NCBI RefSeq assembly: GCF_009914755.1
Contig: NC_060936.1
DNA: 64,000 nt
Direction: 5' to 3' (one strand)
Source: the human T2T-CHM13v2.0 reference genome, Homo sapiens
A program made the translations under genes and the position numbers. Below the pieces are notes generated by a model. The model made no database searches. It saw only the letters and a list, made by a program, of their open reading frames with translations, and was not told the origin of the DNA. Shown here one piece after another: positions 1-16,312 of this stretch. The stretch's first letter is position 1. The number at the start of each line of letters is the position of its first letter.

Positions 1-204
1 AGAGGTATGGGTGGTGTTCTGTGAAGCTGTCATTACATGGAGCGGAATGTGTGCACGTGCTGGGGGCGTTGTAAAACTTATGTCTGACCGTGGGTTGTGG
101 TAAAATATTTGAAAGCCACTGGTTAGGTTATTAGAAGGCTAGGTTACTAGGTTATTAGGTTATTATTAGAGTCTAATTAACTGAGAAAGAGCCTGCCCGT
201 GCTG

Positions 205-538
205 CGAGTCTGTTAGGGCTGCCATAACGAAACACCACAGGCTGTGTGGAACACCAAGGTGCCGCACAGTTGCTCTTGTCTGAGGCCTCTCTCCTTGGCT
301 TGTGGACGGCCGCCTTCTTGCTCTGTCCTCGTGTGATCTTTCACGTGACACCGCTGGTGTCTCTGTATGGGTCCAAGCTTCTTCTCCTGAGGACCCCAGT
401 CAGATCGGATCTGGGCCTGCTCTGACAGCCTCATTTAAACTCTGTCACCTTTTAAAGGCCCATTTAGTCACATTCTGAGATACTAGGTATTGGGCTTCAA
501 CATACGAATTTTGGGGGTACACAGTTCAGCCCATGACA
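205..538 (-). mobile_element. MLT1 (MaLR) LTR fragment
   Basis: agggctgccataac...cagttcagcccatgaca is typical of reverse-oriented MLT1. Confidence 0.7.
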
Positions 539-642
539 CATGCTTTTAATTTTTCTTATTTCACCGAAAGTCTAACTTTATTAAAGCACCTGAAATAATA
601 TGTTACTACTATGCAATAGAATGTATATGTATAGGTTAGTGA

Positions 643-1052
<410 letters not shown>

Positions 1053-1111
1053 TAGTAAGCTCCATGGTACCCTTCAGCTGAATTCTTCCATTGTTGACAT
1101 TCTGTCTTTAA

Positions 1112-1406
<295 letters not shown>

Positions 1407-1409
1407 GAT

Positions 1410-1950
1410 GTCAACATCCATTTTTAACACGTCCTAAAAGCCTCTTTCGCCTTCTTTCTCTCTCAGCGTATATACACATGTTGTTATTTTGCTTTTTGTT
1501 GAACCAGTTGAGAGTACGTTGGAGCCACAATGATCTTTCACTCTTTAATATTTCAGCACGTATCTCCCAAGAACAGGAGCGTTCTCTTACAGAAGAGTGT
1601 GTAGCGCGCTCATCAAATTCAGGAAGGTTGGCGTTGGTGCAGTGCCGCCCCCTCATCTATGGTCCACAGTCAGGTCGCCAGTTCCCCAGTAGCGTCCTAG
1701 CAGCTCAGGCGGTGGCACGTCAGTCGTCAGGTCTCCTGCATGTCTGGAGCAGCTCCTTGGGCTTCTTCGTCTTCCGTGACACTGACATTTTCAAAGAGCC
1801 CAGGCTCCTGGTTTGGCAGAATGGCTCTGTTTGGGTATGTCTGGTGTCTCCTCGTGGTTAGGTCCAGGTGATGCAGCTTTGGTGGGAACACGCTGGAAAT
1901 GATGTGGTGTTCTTCTCCGTGCATCTATCGGGGGGATACAACGTTAGTGT
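1410..1950 (-). mobile_element. Old L1 (L1MC/ME-like) fragment
   Basis: Degenerate similarity to the L1MC 3' region (gaaccagttgagagta..., cactgacattttcaaagag...). Confidence 0.5.
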
Positions 1951-1992
1951 ATTTCATTTCTGTGATTTCACTAGGCCACTCTTCAGAAATGA

Positions 1993-2352
<360 letters not shown>

Positions 2353-4339
2353 TGAATGTAGTGCTTTTCTAATAACTGCTATCACATCTTACTTCCTCTG
2401 ATCCTCTTCTGCCCCTGGGCTTCCTGACTCGGTTGAATCCTTACCTTGCACTCAGACTTCTCCTGGGCCGGTCTGTGGGAGTCAGGATGCTTGCGACGCC
2501 GTGGCTCCCACCCTCACGCTGCTCTAGGCTCTCCTCTGGGCCAGCTCTTCAGCTCTCCCCATAGCTCATTTCCCCATTTCCCTATCAGTTGGCTCAGCCT
2601 ATAGGGAGGAGAAAAATCCACTGTATCTTGGTCAAACCTTCTGATCACCACTTTTTCCCCCAAACTCAGAAGAAGAGAATTCTCCAAGTGGAGAAACCTT
2701 TGCTTGATAAGACAGTGGCATTTGAAAAGGAAATATACAAGTTCCCTTATTCTAGCTCACTTAGCTTTTATAGACGTTCCCTCTACCTAGAAGCAGTTTG
2801 AATCCCTTCCATAAAAAGGAAATATTTACATTGGAATCATTTGAAAGCCCTATTAGGCTTTTTACAGAGTATTTTCATCAGAATGTGGAAAGGAGCCAAT
2901 GTGGTTTCATCATCACCTAGATCTAGATTCACTGAAGGTCTTGTTGCAGGCTGTGAAATAGATTGAAGGTCCAAGAGCCTGTCCACGCACAGCAGGTTAA
3001 TTCTCAAGAAACCCAGGGGTGGGAGCGAGGGGCTGAGGTCAGGGGTGGGGGGCAAAGGCCTTATTTCTAGCAGTTACACTGGCTCAACGGAGTTGCCTCT
3101 TTGCAGGCAGCGAGCTGTCCTGTCGCTCAAATCGTCTGATTTTATGAAAGCCAGTCGGGGTGTGTTCACAGACTAAGGTGTAGTTGGAATCGCGTTTTCC
3201 CTGTGAAAGGGCAGCCCTGTTGCACCTGGGTGCAGGTCTGTGAGTGAGCCACCGAGATGAGCATTTTTAGAAATCTTGCAGACAAGGGTCGGGGCGGGGG
3301 CGGGTGTATGTGGCCAAACAAGACATTTTAGGAAAAATGGAAATGTATAACTGTACTTTTATTTTTAGTGCTCTTTGCATAGTGCATGTCATTTTTTTAA
3401 GAGGAGCATAAAAATGTATTAGATATAATATAGCTTGCTCATAAAATGATCATGCCTGGTATATTTAGAGTGTGGAAAAATCAGGAAAAATTATATGTAC
3501 TCCATCTTCACTGGGCTCTTGCATCTCTGGAGAAGTGACTAAGCATCTTGCTCGTTCTCTAGAGTTATCTTGACTACAAACTTGAAAACAGTGAGGCAAC
3601 ATAGGCCAGAGTCCTAGGGCTGCTCGTAATCTTCCCAATTGAGTAGGGTGGGGTTCTGTTACTGGTTTGTTGGTTTGTGCTTCCTAAGTCTGTGAAAGGT
3701 GTCAGAAAGTGGCTCCCCTTTCTCTTCCTTTACATGAAATTACTCTCCTGCGCTGAGACCCAGGAAACTGTTTATGCTGCCTTACCCTCAGGGAAAGCAT
3801 TCAGACTTGACCATAAATATTTAAGAATTAAGGGAAAAACGATGGATGTAACTTGTTAAGAGTCACACAGAGAAATTCTTGAGAGAGGAGGAGGGCCCAT
3901 CATTTGTTTTGTGCCATCTGAGAGAATGAGGCTAATGAACCACTGAACGAAGGTGGGCTCCTATCTCTGCTGTGCTCTCAGCAGACCACGTGAGCGAAGC
4001 TGTAGAGTTAAGTGCTGATTTTAAGTGAAAAAGAAAGTGGGAGAGGGATTTGCCACAGGCTCCTAGAATCCGAGTTCCCTGTCCTTTAAGTGGATTCGTG
4101 GAAAGATTTAGTTCATGGAGACAGTTCCTGAAAAGTTTGTCACCCCCAAATTATTGCCTACCCACTGTGCAGGAGAACAGATTGTCATGTAACTTTCTAA
4201 GAAGCTTTTGAGTGCCTGGGGAAGGGAAGGGAAGGGGAGGCTGTCTCTTGACCCTGACTGGGGATTCTTGTTAAACTCCACCCTGCAGCTCAGCTTCCAG
4301 AGCCCGGAGGCAGCCTTGGGGGACTGCAGAAAAGGGCAG

Positions 4340-5018
<679 letters not shown>

Positions 5019-6459
5019 GGCAGCGTCTGCCTGTCTGCCTGGCAGTCTCTGGAAGCTTCAGTTGCTGCTGTTTGTGGGCTGGGTGGCGGTTGCCTGTTTG
5101 GGATGGACTCCGGAATAGGAGTTTTGGCTCCTGAATGGGAGCCTGTGTTGGATAGGATTGTTCCTGGTGAGCTCTTAAAGGGATCATCTCCTGCAACTGG
5201 CTTTTGGAAGCTTTTCCCTTGGGTATAATGAGGGCCTTCATGGCTGGGTTTTAATATATAAGTCCTTGCTTCAGCCTTCTAGGCCCTCCACAACCAGGAG
5301 CACCTTTGTGATGAGCCAGAGGCTCACATCTGTGGACCAGACTGAAGGGCAGTGGTCACTGAAGGGGCAGCATCCCCGTCTGTCCTCAGGATCTTGTACG
5401 AGATCCGTTGGAAAGACAGGAAAACCGAGGCTGGGAGCGTGGAGTGACGGGTGCAGGGGCCACTGGCTCTGCTCTCTGGGTTGTGCCTGGCGATGGGAAG
5501 CTTCCTCTCCTCCCTGCCCCTGCCAGACACACAGAGTTGCTTGGAACAAGTGTGTTCTGGGCAGTGGAAGATTATATAGTTGTAAACAGACATGAGGGAG
5601 CTCCCGGCATGCCAAGGAAGAGCTCCCAGGTGTGCTGTTAGGTGGAAAAGGCAAAGTGCGGGACACTGTGTCACAATGAACAAAATGGCATTAATAAATA
5701 TGTGCCGGCATCAGCAAGAAAGACGTTCACAGGAAACTGCTAGGACCGGCTGCCTCTTGGGAGAACTGGGTACAGGACAGGGAGAGAGGACGGCTTTTCA
5801 TAGTATCTGCTTCAGAGTTCTGGACCGTGCAAATACATTGCCTATTAAGCACCAAAATTAAAAGGTAATAGGGCATAGTGGGTGGGAGGGAGCGGTTCTG
5901 CTTGGGTGTTTTAGCCAGAAGCAGGGTCTTGTGCTGTCCCCTCAGCTGAGGCATTCCTGAAATCCGATCTTGAACGTGAGTCCCAGCTACAGTCTTGCTC
6001 TGTTGCCAGTGCCCCACCCCCACCACATCCCCCTCACCCCGCTGTTCCCTGTCCCTCATGAGGCTGGGCTAGCACCCGTCCTGGAAGGGTTAGGCCCTGG
6101 TCTTTTGCTCGTTGACTCTCTTCTCAGGAAGGGTCACTTCTCTTCTGCCTGAAGCTGGTGGGCCTCCGTGGTGCCCTTGATGTCCTGGGCACCGAGAGCT
6201 TGAGGGCAGACAGGAGTGTCAGGGTTTTCCTCTCCAGACTACAAGCCACGCTCAGCTCTTGGGGGAGAGGGACATGGGGGCATGGCTCATCACAGGGGAG
6301 TGGGGGGAACCCTCCAAAGTCTGCTTCTCCCAGGAAAGAAAATGGGGATCTGCTGGGGCTTCTTCCTGGCAGCGTCTGAGCAGCGCGTGGGCCAGGTACC
6401 AGATTCCTGGTACTGTATGCCTAACAGAGAGCACCCGCTCCCCCGTGTCTCCCCTGCAG

Positions 6460-6540
6460 GGCACCCTCATCCAGCATCTGAAGGAGCACCTGCTGCACGG
6501 CAACATGACCAGCAGTGACATCCTCCTGTGCTACACCACG
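6460..6540 (+). CDS. AACS: AACS exon ~9 ([27 protein letters not shown]), phase 0-0
   Basis: cccctgcag|GGCACC ... ACCACG|gtaagg; 81 nt. Confidence 0.95.
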
Positions 6541-7005
6541 GTAAGGGCTTCCCCAGGTGCTGGCCTGTGCTATACCACAATAGGGGCTTCCCTGGGTGCC
6601 AGCCCATGACACATAGTAAGGACTTCCCCAGGCGCCGGCCCGTGGCACATGGTAAGGGCTTCCCCAGGTGCTGGCCTGTGCTATACCACAATAGGGGCTT
6701 CCCTGGGTGCCAGCCCATGACACATGGTAAGGGCTTCCCCAGGCGCCGGCCCGTGGCACATGTTAAGGGCTTCCCCAGGCGCCGGCCCGTGGCACATGGT
6801 AAGGGCTTCCCCGGGCGCCGGCCCGTGGCACATGGTAAGGGCTTCCCCGGGCGCCGGCCCGTGGCACATGGTAAGGGCTTCCCCGGGCGCTGGCCCGTGA
6901 CACATGGTAAGGGCTTCCCCGGGCGCCGGCCTGTGCTGCGCCGTGGTAGGGGCTTCTCTGGGGCGCTGCCTGTGCTGCACTGTGGTGAGGGCTTCCCCAG
7001 CGCAC
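6525..7005 (+). repeat. GC-rich minisatellite, ~13 units of 36/39 bp, starting in the end of exon 9
   Basis: Unit GTAAGGGCTTCCCCAGGCGCCGGCCCGTGGCACATG; periodic ORFs (HGKGFPRRRPVA)n. Confidence 0.95.
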
Positions 7006-7243
7006 GGTGTCGAGTTGGGCCCGCTCCTCCGCCCACCCTGCCTCAGCAGCGTGGAATCCACGCCATGAAACCATAACTCAACTCAAGGTGTTGGAGGCCT
7101 TCCTGCCCTTGTTGAGCACTGAAAGACAGAAGGTTAGGACATGTTAAAGGAAGTGTATTTTACCCCAGAGGAGGAGAACTCAAAACATCAAGAGCTTCCA
7201 CAGTGATCTAGCTACAGGTCCTAGGTGATGCTTCTGTGCTGAG

Positions 7244-7542
<299 letters not shown>

Positions 7543-7629
7543 TGCTGAGTCTTTATGCCAAGTGGAATGCAGCAGGCACATGCCTGACCTGTGAGGTCAA
7601 TGCCCAGGGCCCTTCTGTGCCCCTTATGA

Positions 7630-7920
7630 GAGACTCCCCACAGATGCAGGAGGGAGGACAACCCCCCCACCCCAGTGACCTCACACAGGTGCAGGAGAGT
7701 ATCAGACCCCCCACCCATGACCTCACACAGGTGCAGGAGACTGTCAGACCCCTGGGACTGCACACAGATGTAGGAGTGGGGACAGACCCCTGGGACTGCA
7801 CACAGATGGAGGACGGGGGACAGACCCCTGGGATTACACAGAGATGCAGAAAGGGTCAGACCCCTGAGACCTCACACATACACCCGTGCAGGGGACAGAC
7901 CCCTGGGATCTCACACAGGC
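7630..7920 (+). repeat. Degenerate minisatellite, ~36-45 bp unit (CAGACCCCTGGGACTGCACACAGATG...)
   Basis: About 7 recurring CAGACCCC / CACACAG(A/G)TG cores. Confidence 0.8.
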
Positions 7921-7999
7921 TCAAGAGTGGTGACCTTGGGTGTGTTTTTGATGTGTGACTGTGGAGAGGCCCCTCCCTGCTCTCTGTGACCAGCTGTGA

Positions 8000-8747
<748 letters not shown>

Positions 8748-8939
8748 TCCCGACCTGGGTTCTAACAGCAGCCTTGGTGGCAGTTGTTTCATGTCCTGCA
8801 GCCCTGGGCCCAGGCTATACTGTGACCCACCCTCCCTCCCTTCCTTCCCCTTCCTTTCCCTCCCTTCCCCTCCCTACCTCTCCCTTCCTTTCCCGTTTTC
8901 CCTTTGCCTTTTGTCCTCCTTTTTCCCTTTGCCTTTCTT

Positions 8940-9532
<593 letters not shown>

Positions 9533-9686
9533 TTGATTCAGCTTTTAGCAGCTTTGTTGGACAATGAGGTGGCCAGGAATGTTATGCTGCTTGGGGCTTC
9601 CAGGCACTGGTTTCCTCTTTGGGAACAGTTCCTCAATAAAAGAAATTGAACGAGTACATTAAGACCTGTTCAGAAAGCAGCTCAAT

Positions 9687-9990
<304 letters not shown>

Positions 9991-10623
9991 AGCACCTCAA
10001 CTAAATGGAGACCTTTGGCTGTGTCCTTGTGCCCTCTGCCTTTGTGCGTGGGGAGTAGGTGTGGGTGGGCCCTCCAGGGGACGCTGGTTTTGGGTCACTG
10101 TAGCCCGCATGATTTGGGGATGGCACTAGGCTGTGGCGGGCGGGAGGCAGGTTCCCGACACCATTCATCATGGATGAACAATGTCTTGGGGTGGTTCCGT
10201 GTCAGTCCAGACCTCATTCTGTTTCATGACTGTGCAATGGCTGCTGTCATACTGCTGGGGGTCAGGTGCTGTTCAGAACGCCTCATGTGGGTTCAGTGAC
10301 TGTGTAGGAGTGTCAGTAGCAAGTGTGCACCTCCTGTGGCCTTGCTTGTGTCGATAACACCTACATTGCTTTGTCTCTGTCACCAGCAAGGGTGCAACAG
10401 ACATTCTGTGACACATCTTCATGCACATGTGTGAATATGTCTGTGTGATCCATTCTTAGATGTGGAGTTGCCGGGCCAGAGTGTCCTGCATTTGAAATGG
10501 GAAGTTAGCACCAACCTGTGGCTCCATCTTAGGTGGTTTCCCAGGGACACAGGAAGCTGAGGGGGCAGCGCTGGGGGGAGCTGCCTAGCGCCCGCTGAAG
10601 CCGCATCCCTCCTGTCTTTGCAG

Positions 10624-10748
10624 GTCGGCTGGATGATGTGGAACTGGATGGTGTCCCTTCTGGCCACAGGAGCGGCCATGGTCTTGTACGATGGCTCCCC
10701 CCTGGTGCCCACGCCCAATGTGCTCTGGGACCTGGTTGACAGGATAGG
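10624..10748 (+). CDS. AACS: AACS exon ~10 ([42 protein letters not shown]), phase 0-2
   Basis: tctttgcag|GTCGGC ... ATAGG|gtaggt; 125 nt. Confidence 0.95.
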
Positions 10749-11059
10749 GTAGGTACCAAGATGCTGTGCTCAAAGCAAGGGACAGGCAGCACCAGGAAGG
10801 CTCCTTGGGATCAGATGCAGAGCTGTGCCTGCCTTCTACCGTGGTCGGGGCGTCTCCAGCATGCTCTGCCTTTGTGGACGCCCCCTCTCCAAGAGGAGGG
10901 CATGGGAGGTGCCAGAAGCAGAAGGTGAAACTGTTAGGAAGGGAGGGACACCAAGGGCCAGGGCTCTTCCCTCCAGAGTGAGGGCTGAGAAAAATCCTAC
11001 GGGCAGTGTGCAATCTCATTTCTTTTAAGAATCTATTTCTATTTTGAAGGTTATTTTTT

Positions 11060-11285
11060 AGTAAAAATGGTATGTATCGTAAGGCACGCGGCATGGTATT
11101 TTGCTGTGTATACGTATAGTGAAATGAGTACTGCAGTCAGGCAGATTCGCATTTGCATCTCCTCACACAGTTACCTGTTTGTTTTTAGCAAGGAGAGCAC
11201 CTGAAATGGACTCTCTTAGCAAAGTTCCAGCACTTATTGCATAGTACGGCGTTGTCAGCTGCAGTCATCATACTGTGCATTCATC
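11060..11285 (-). mobile_element. L1MA-like 3' fragment
   Basis: atagtgaaatgagtactgcagtcag...cctcacacagttac resembles the reversed L1MA 3' end. Confidence 0.6.
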
Positions 11286-11383
11286 TTATTTCTCTAGTTG
11301 TGGCATTTCCCAGCAAAAGGAGGAAAACCGAGGGTCGCCTAGAGTCCTGTTTCACACAGGTTCTGCAGATTCAGGAGTGAGAT

Positions 11384-11745
11384 TGTATTCATCCATTTTC
11401 CTACTGCTATGAAGAAATGTCTAACAGTGGGTAATTTATAAAGAAAAAGAGGTTGAATGGACTCAGAGTTTCACATGACTGGGGAGGCCTCACAATCATG
11501 ATGGAAAGTGAATGAGGAGCAAAGGCATGTCTTACATGGCAACAGGCAAGAGAGCGTGTGCAGGAGAACTGTCCTTTATAAAACCATCAGATCTTGTGAG
11601 ACTTATTCACTATCGAGAGAACAACTCGGGAAAAACCTGCCTCCATGATTCAATTACCTCCCACTGGGTCCCTCGTACGACACATGGGGATTATAGGAGC
11701 TACAGTTAAAGATGAGATTTGGGTGGAGACAGCTAAAACATATCA
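11384..11745 (-). mobile_element. THE1/MST solo LTR
   Basis: tgtatt...catatca termini; 5-bp TSD GAGAT. Confidence 0.9.
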
Positions 11746-12724
11746 GAGATGAAGTGAGGTGAAGGCTGAACGCACAGGGGAGGTATGTGGATAAGTTCAT
11801 GAGGGGTGGGTGCAGAACCTGTGACTGGGGGGCTGCGTGGTGTTTGGATTTCCTGCCACCTTTCTCCTGAGCCCATTGGCAGGAGGAGAACCCTGTTTGT
11901 TCCTAGCCGTCCCTTGGGGCTGGCAGCCACCTGTCTTCTAGGGTCTTCCTCACCTCATCATAACTGCACTGAGTGCTTCCTGGGGCCCCTGGAGGTGGTC
12001 ATTTATTTCCTGTGGCCCTGGCTGGATGGTAGACAGGAATCCCATGAGCACAGGCGAGAGCCAGTTGGGTACCCTTCTGGTGCCTGAGAATTATGCAAAT
12101 GGGGATAGGTGTAGTGGTCCCTGCTCCCCCCCGACCCCAACTCCTTCTCATCATCATCATTAGAAAGGCCTCATGAGATCCAGTCTCGTCAGCACTTTGC
12201 TGATGAATTAATCACAACTGGCTGGCGTGTTCTGGCCACTGTGGTCTTGGTCACCCTTGGCCTAATGACAGTGTTTCCAGAGATAAGAATATAGAAGTTG
12301 CCAGAGCTCCAGGGGCCCAGAAACAACCATGCTCTGTCCTAATTACATCTGAATCTGTTCTTGGGGGAAACAGGAGCCACTCATGTTTTTAAATCCTTGG
12401 CCATTAAACATTTTAAATATAACTTGGCCTGGGTAATATTTAAATCCTGACATTTGGCTCACAATCTTAGTGAGGAAGGCTATTTCCTAATGAGATTGTT
12501 TCCAGCAAAAGGTTAATCAAATCCCTGGGAACTTCAGATGGCTTTAGAATCTTTACCCTTTTACCCTTAAGCCAGGCTCCAGGTGGAGGAACTTTTATTG
12601 GTGTGTCGGGGAGGCAGGCACTGGGTCGGGGGTTACTGGAGGAGGGGTGGAGAGGGAAATGTACATCAGTGAGGCCCGGTGCTAATGAGATCCAGGGATG
12701 AAGCATCCCAGGGAGACCGTGCTC

Positions 12725-13010
12725 TGTGTGTGCATGGGTGTGAGTCTGCGTGTGTGCACAAAAGTGTATGTGAAAGTGTGTGCGCGCGTGCATGGAGCGT
12801 GATCTTGTGAAAGGGAGCGTGGGAGTGCGTATGTGCATGAGTGTATGTGCACCTACATGTGTAAGTGCAAGTGAGTGCATGGATGTGTGTGCATGTATAG
12901 GTGTCGGGTGTGTGTGCATGTGCATGCAGCTGTGAGTGCTGTACATGTGGATGCATGTGTGCCTTGTGTATGTGTGCATGTACCTGTGTACACGCGTACA
13001 TGTGCAAGTG
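12725..13010. repeat. Degenerate (TG)n/(TGCA)n alternating purine-pyrimidine tract
   Basis: Visible in the sequence; source of the His/Thr-rich spurious ORFs. Confidence 0.9.
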
Positions 13011-14336
13011 TTCACAGCATGGTGGCTGGTTCCGTGCCGTAATCACGGGCCCTGGGTTGGCCAGAGCGCTGAGGCTGATTGAGGTGTGGTCGTGCTGTCG
13101 CAGGGCTCCCTCTGGATGTGGCCATCGCCCCGCCTGAGAGAGCCTCCTGCGCCGTTTGGCGAGGCAGGTGTGACTTGGCACCCTGGCAGGGGCTGCGGGT
13201 GAGGGGCTTTCGGAAGAATGCAGGCTTTAAACCACTACACTGGTCGCCACCAGCAGTGAGAGGGAGCGGGTGCTGGGCGGGGCAGGACACTTCAGCTCAG
13301 TTCTGTCCACCTCCTGGAAACTGAATGTTGTGTAACAGTTGAAAGCAGTCATGGCAAACCCTGTTTTGTGGCAAGAGGCATGCGGGGCAGGCACAGTCCT
13401 CGTGATGCTGTCTCAGTGCCTCTGATTAAAACCCACATCTGTTAGTAAATGAGGGGTGAGATCTCTGTTGATTACCAGCATGTCAGCTCTCAGCCTTATT
13501 GACACATTCGATCAAAGAGCATTTATTTTGTAGGCACAGACAAGATAATTTGAAAAGATGAATTTTCTTCTTCACAGGGGTGTGTTTCTGGGTTCTAGTG
13601 AGGGGACTATTCTGGACAGAATTAGGGCCAGGACCCCGGGGACTTTGTCCAGTTTGCTAGTAGTGGGGCAGGTGTGGACGTTGTCTGGGTTGCCCAGTTT
13701 TGCCCGTCTCTGAATGGGGCCATTGTCTAAGATGGTTCTAGAGGGCAGGGGCCTCGTGGGCGAGCAGGCTTGTCCTTCTAAGGAAGTGCATGGGTTGGGT
13801 AGCACTTTGTCGGGATCTGCACCCCGTGTGTGCTGGACTACGTGCTCTGAGCCAAGCTCCCTGGGGGGTCCTGGGGGCCACACAGCAGCGACCAGGGGCC
13901 AGCACGCTCTGTCCTCATGGGGCTGGCACTGGGAGGGGGAAGGTAAGGAAAAGACAGAGGCCAACCTCAGGCTCTGAGGAGTGCTGTCAGAGACCTGGGG
14001 TCAGGGAGTCCTCGAGAGTCCTCGAGAGGTCTTGGCATTTGGGCTGAGGCCGAAAGGTTCAGGAACTACTTTTGCAGGACTGGGGACGTGTACTTCAGGC
14101 AGAGGGAACCACGAGGAGATGGGCCTAAGATCCATGTGTTGTGGAAGCTGGGAGGGGCCTCCTGTGGACCGAGTGTGAAGGGCTGATGCGGGGCTGGGGG
14201 CAGGAGCAGGGGTCAGAGGGGCGGGGACTTTTGGAGCTGCTTGGAGGGTGAGTTTTTCCCCGAGTGGAATGGAACAGCAGTGGACACTGAATCAGGAGAA
14301 CACTGATCTGGTTCATGTTATTAAAAGGGCAGTGTA

Positions 14337-14708
<372 letters not shown>

Positions 14709-16027
14709 TCAGGTTGCTGGAGCCCACAGGCGCAGTGGCGACCCTGGAGGGGCTGCCTGTGGGCTGATCCACACTTCCCTCCGAACAGGGCTCTGGGCAG
14801 TCTCGGGCACCGGGTCCCAACGGTTTAGGGACCTGAGACTGTCTCATGCTTTGGTGCAGCGACCCCTACAGTACTTGCTAGAAATAAGACGTGGCATGAG
14901 TGCCCGCAGGTGGGCTCCCGTGCTTCCAAGAGCTGAATGGTGTTGCATTTCCTAACCGTCTTACCTGCACCCTGGAGATAGATGGGGGACTTTGCCGTTT
15001 CTTCAGACAAGCAGGACTGTGACTCACAGGCCGGAGAGCATCACCTCTGAGTGCTGGCGGAGCCTCACCAAGATCAGGGTTTGCAGAGTCTTGCCTGCAC
15101 TTAGACGCACTTTAGACCCACAGAGAGCCTTCGAGTTTTCTGGGGGTGGGCAGTGGGGGGATTGCACAAAACCCGTGTGTTGTTTGGGCGTGGCTGTTGA
15201 TTGGAGAGCTTTGTACCTGTAGCTGGAGGTGGTCACTGCTGCTCAGGGCCGGGTGATCACCATTAGAGTCATGAGGTCTCCATCCTCTGTTAGTGATACT
15301 TGCAAAGGAAGTGACACCTTAGTCCTTGGCTATGATGTTGAAGTAGTTAATCAAACTCTGAGTTTATGAAAGAAGCATGGGGGATGGTGGGAGGAGCTAG
15401 TCTCCCTCCCCCAAAACTCCAGCCATCTCTAGGGTACAGTGGTGGCTTTGTTGGTGGCAGGGTGTGTCTGGGGAAGTAAGAGAACGAAGGTGTGGGAGGT
15501 GGAAGGACCATGGTAACCCGCCTCCTTGCGTGGAGGGAGACCCACCCTGCCATTGCCTTAGCCACGCCCAGCCCAGCCAGCCCTGAATTCCGGGATGTTC
15601 TGTGCCATGTTGCCTCGTGGCTTCAGACAGCGAATGCTATGACGGTCTTCCGTGGGATGAGTCTCTCCACCGAATGTGCAGGACTGAGGTTCTACTGCCC
15701 AGAGTGACCCAGAAGAGTCTGAATCTCACAGCCTCCTCTAGGCCCCGAAGAGAATAACGTTCTTTAGTTGGGCCGACTGAGTTTACATGTGAAGGGCCGC
15801 CTGGCTGGAGGAAAAGCTGAGGAAGGAAATAGCATATTAGACAGGGCTGCCCTTGAAAGCGCAGTGAGGTATATTCAGCAGCGTGTGTTGTTCTGTGAGC
15901 ACAAATGCATAGAACGGTGGATTCTGAATGTTCAAGAAGAGCTGGACTTTTCTAAGTTTCATAAAAATGTGATCTTGTTTAAGAAAAGGGGATGGGTGGA
16001 GAGTTTCAAGTATGGCACATGTTTTCA

Positions 16028-16312
<285 letters not shown>

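Noticed and set aside
121-170. Short AGGTTATT-like repeats resembling telomeric sequence
   Set aside because: No true TTAGGG units; too short and degenerate.
6525-7005. CRISPR-like appearance of regularly spaced ~36-bp repeats
   Set aside because: Units are contiguous with no unique spacers, in a eukaryotic intron and with no cas genes.
6421-7076. Long repetitive ORFs on both strands (e.g. 6528..7076 +, 6467..7036 -)
   Set aside because: By-product of a GC-rich minisatellite with unit lengths divisible by 3; out of frame with AACS or antisense, with no evidence of an independent gene.
12467-13181. His/Thr-rich minus-strand ORFs
   Set aside because: Derived from the (TG)n-like low-complexity tract.
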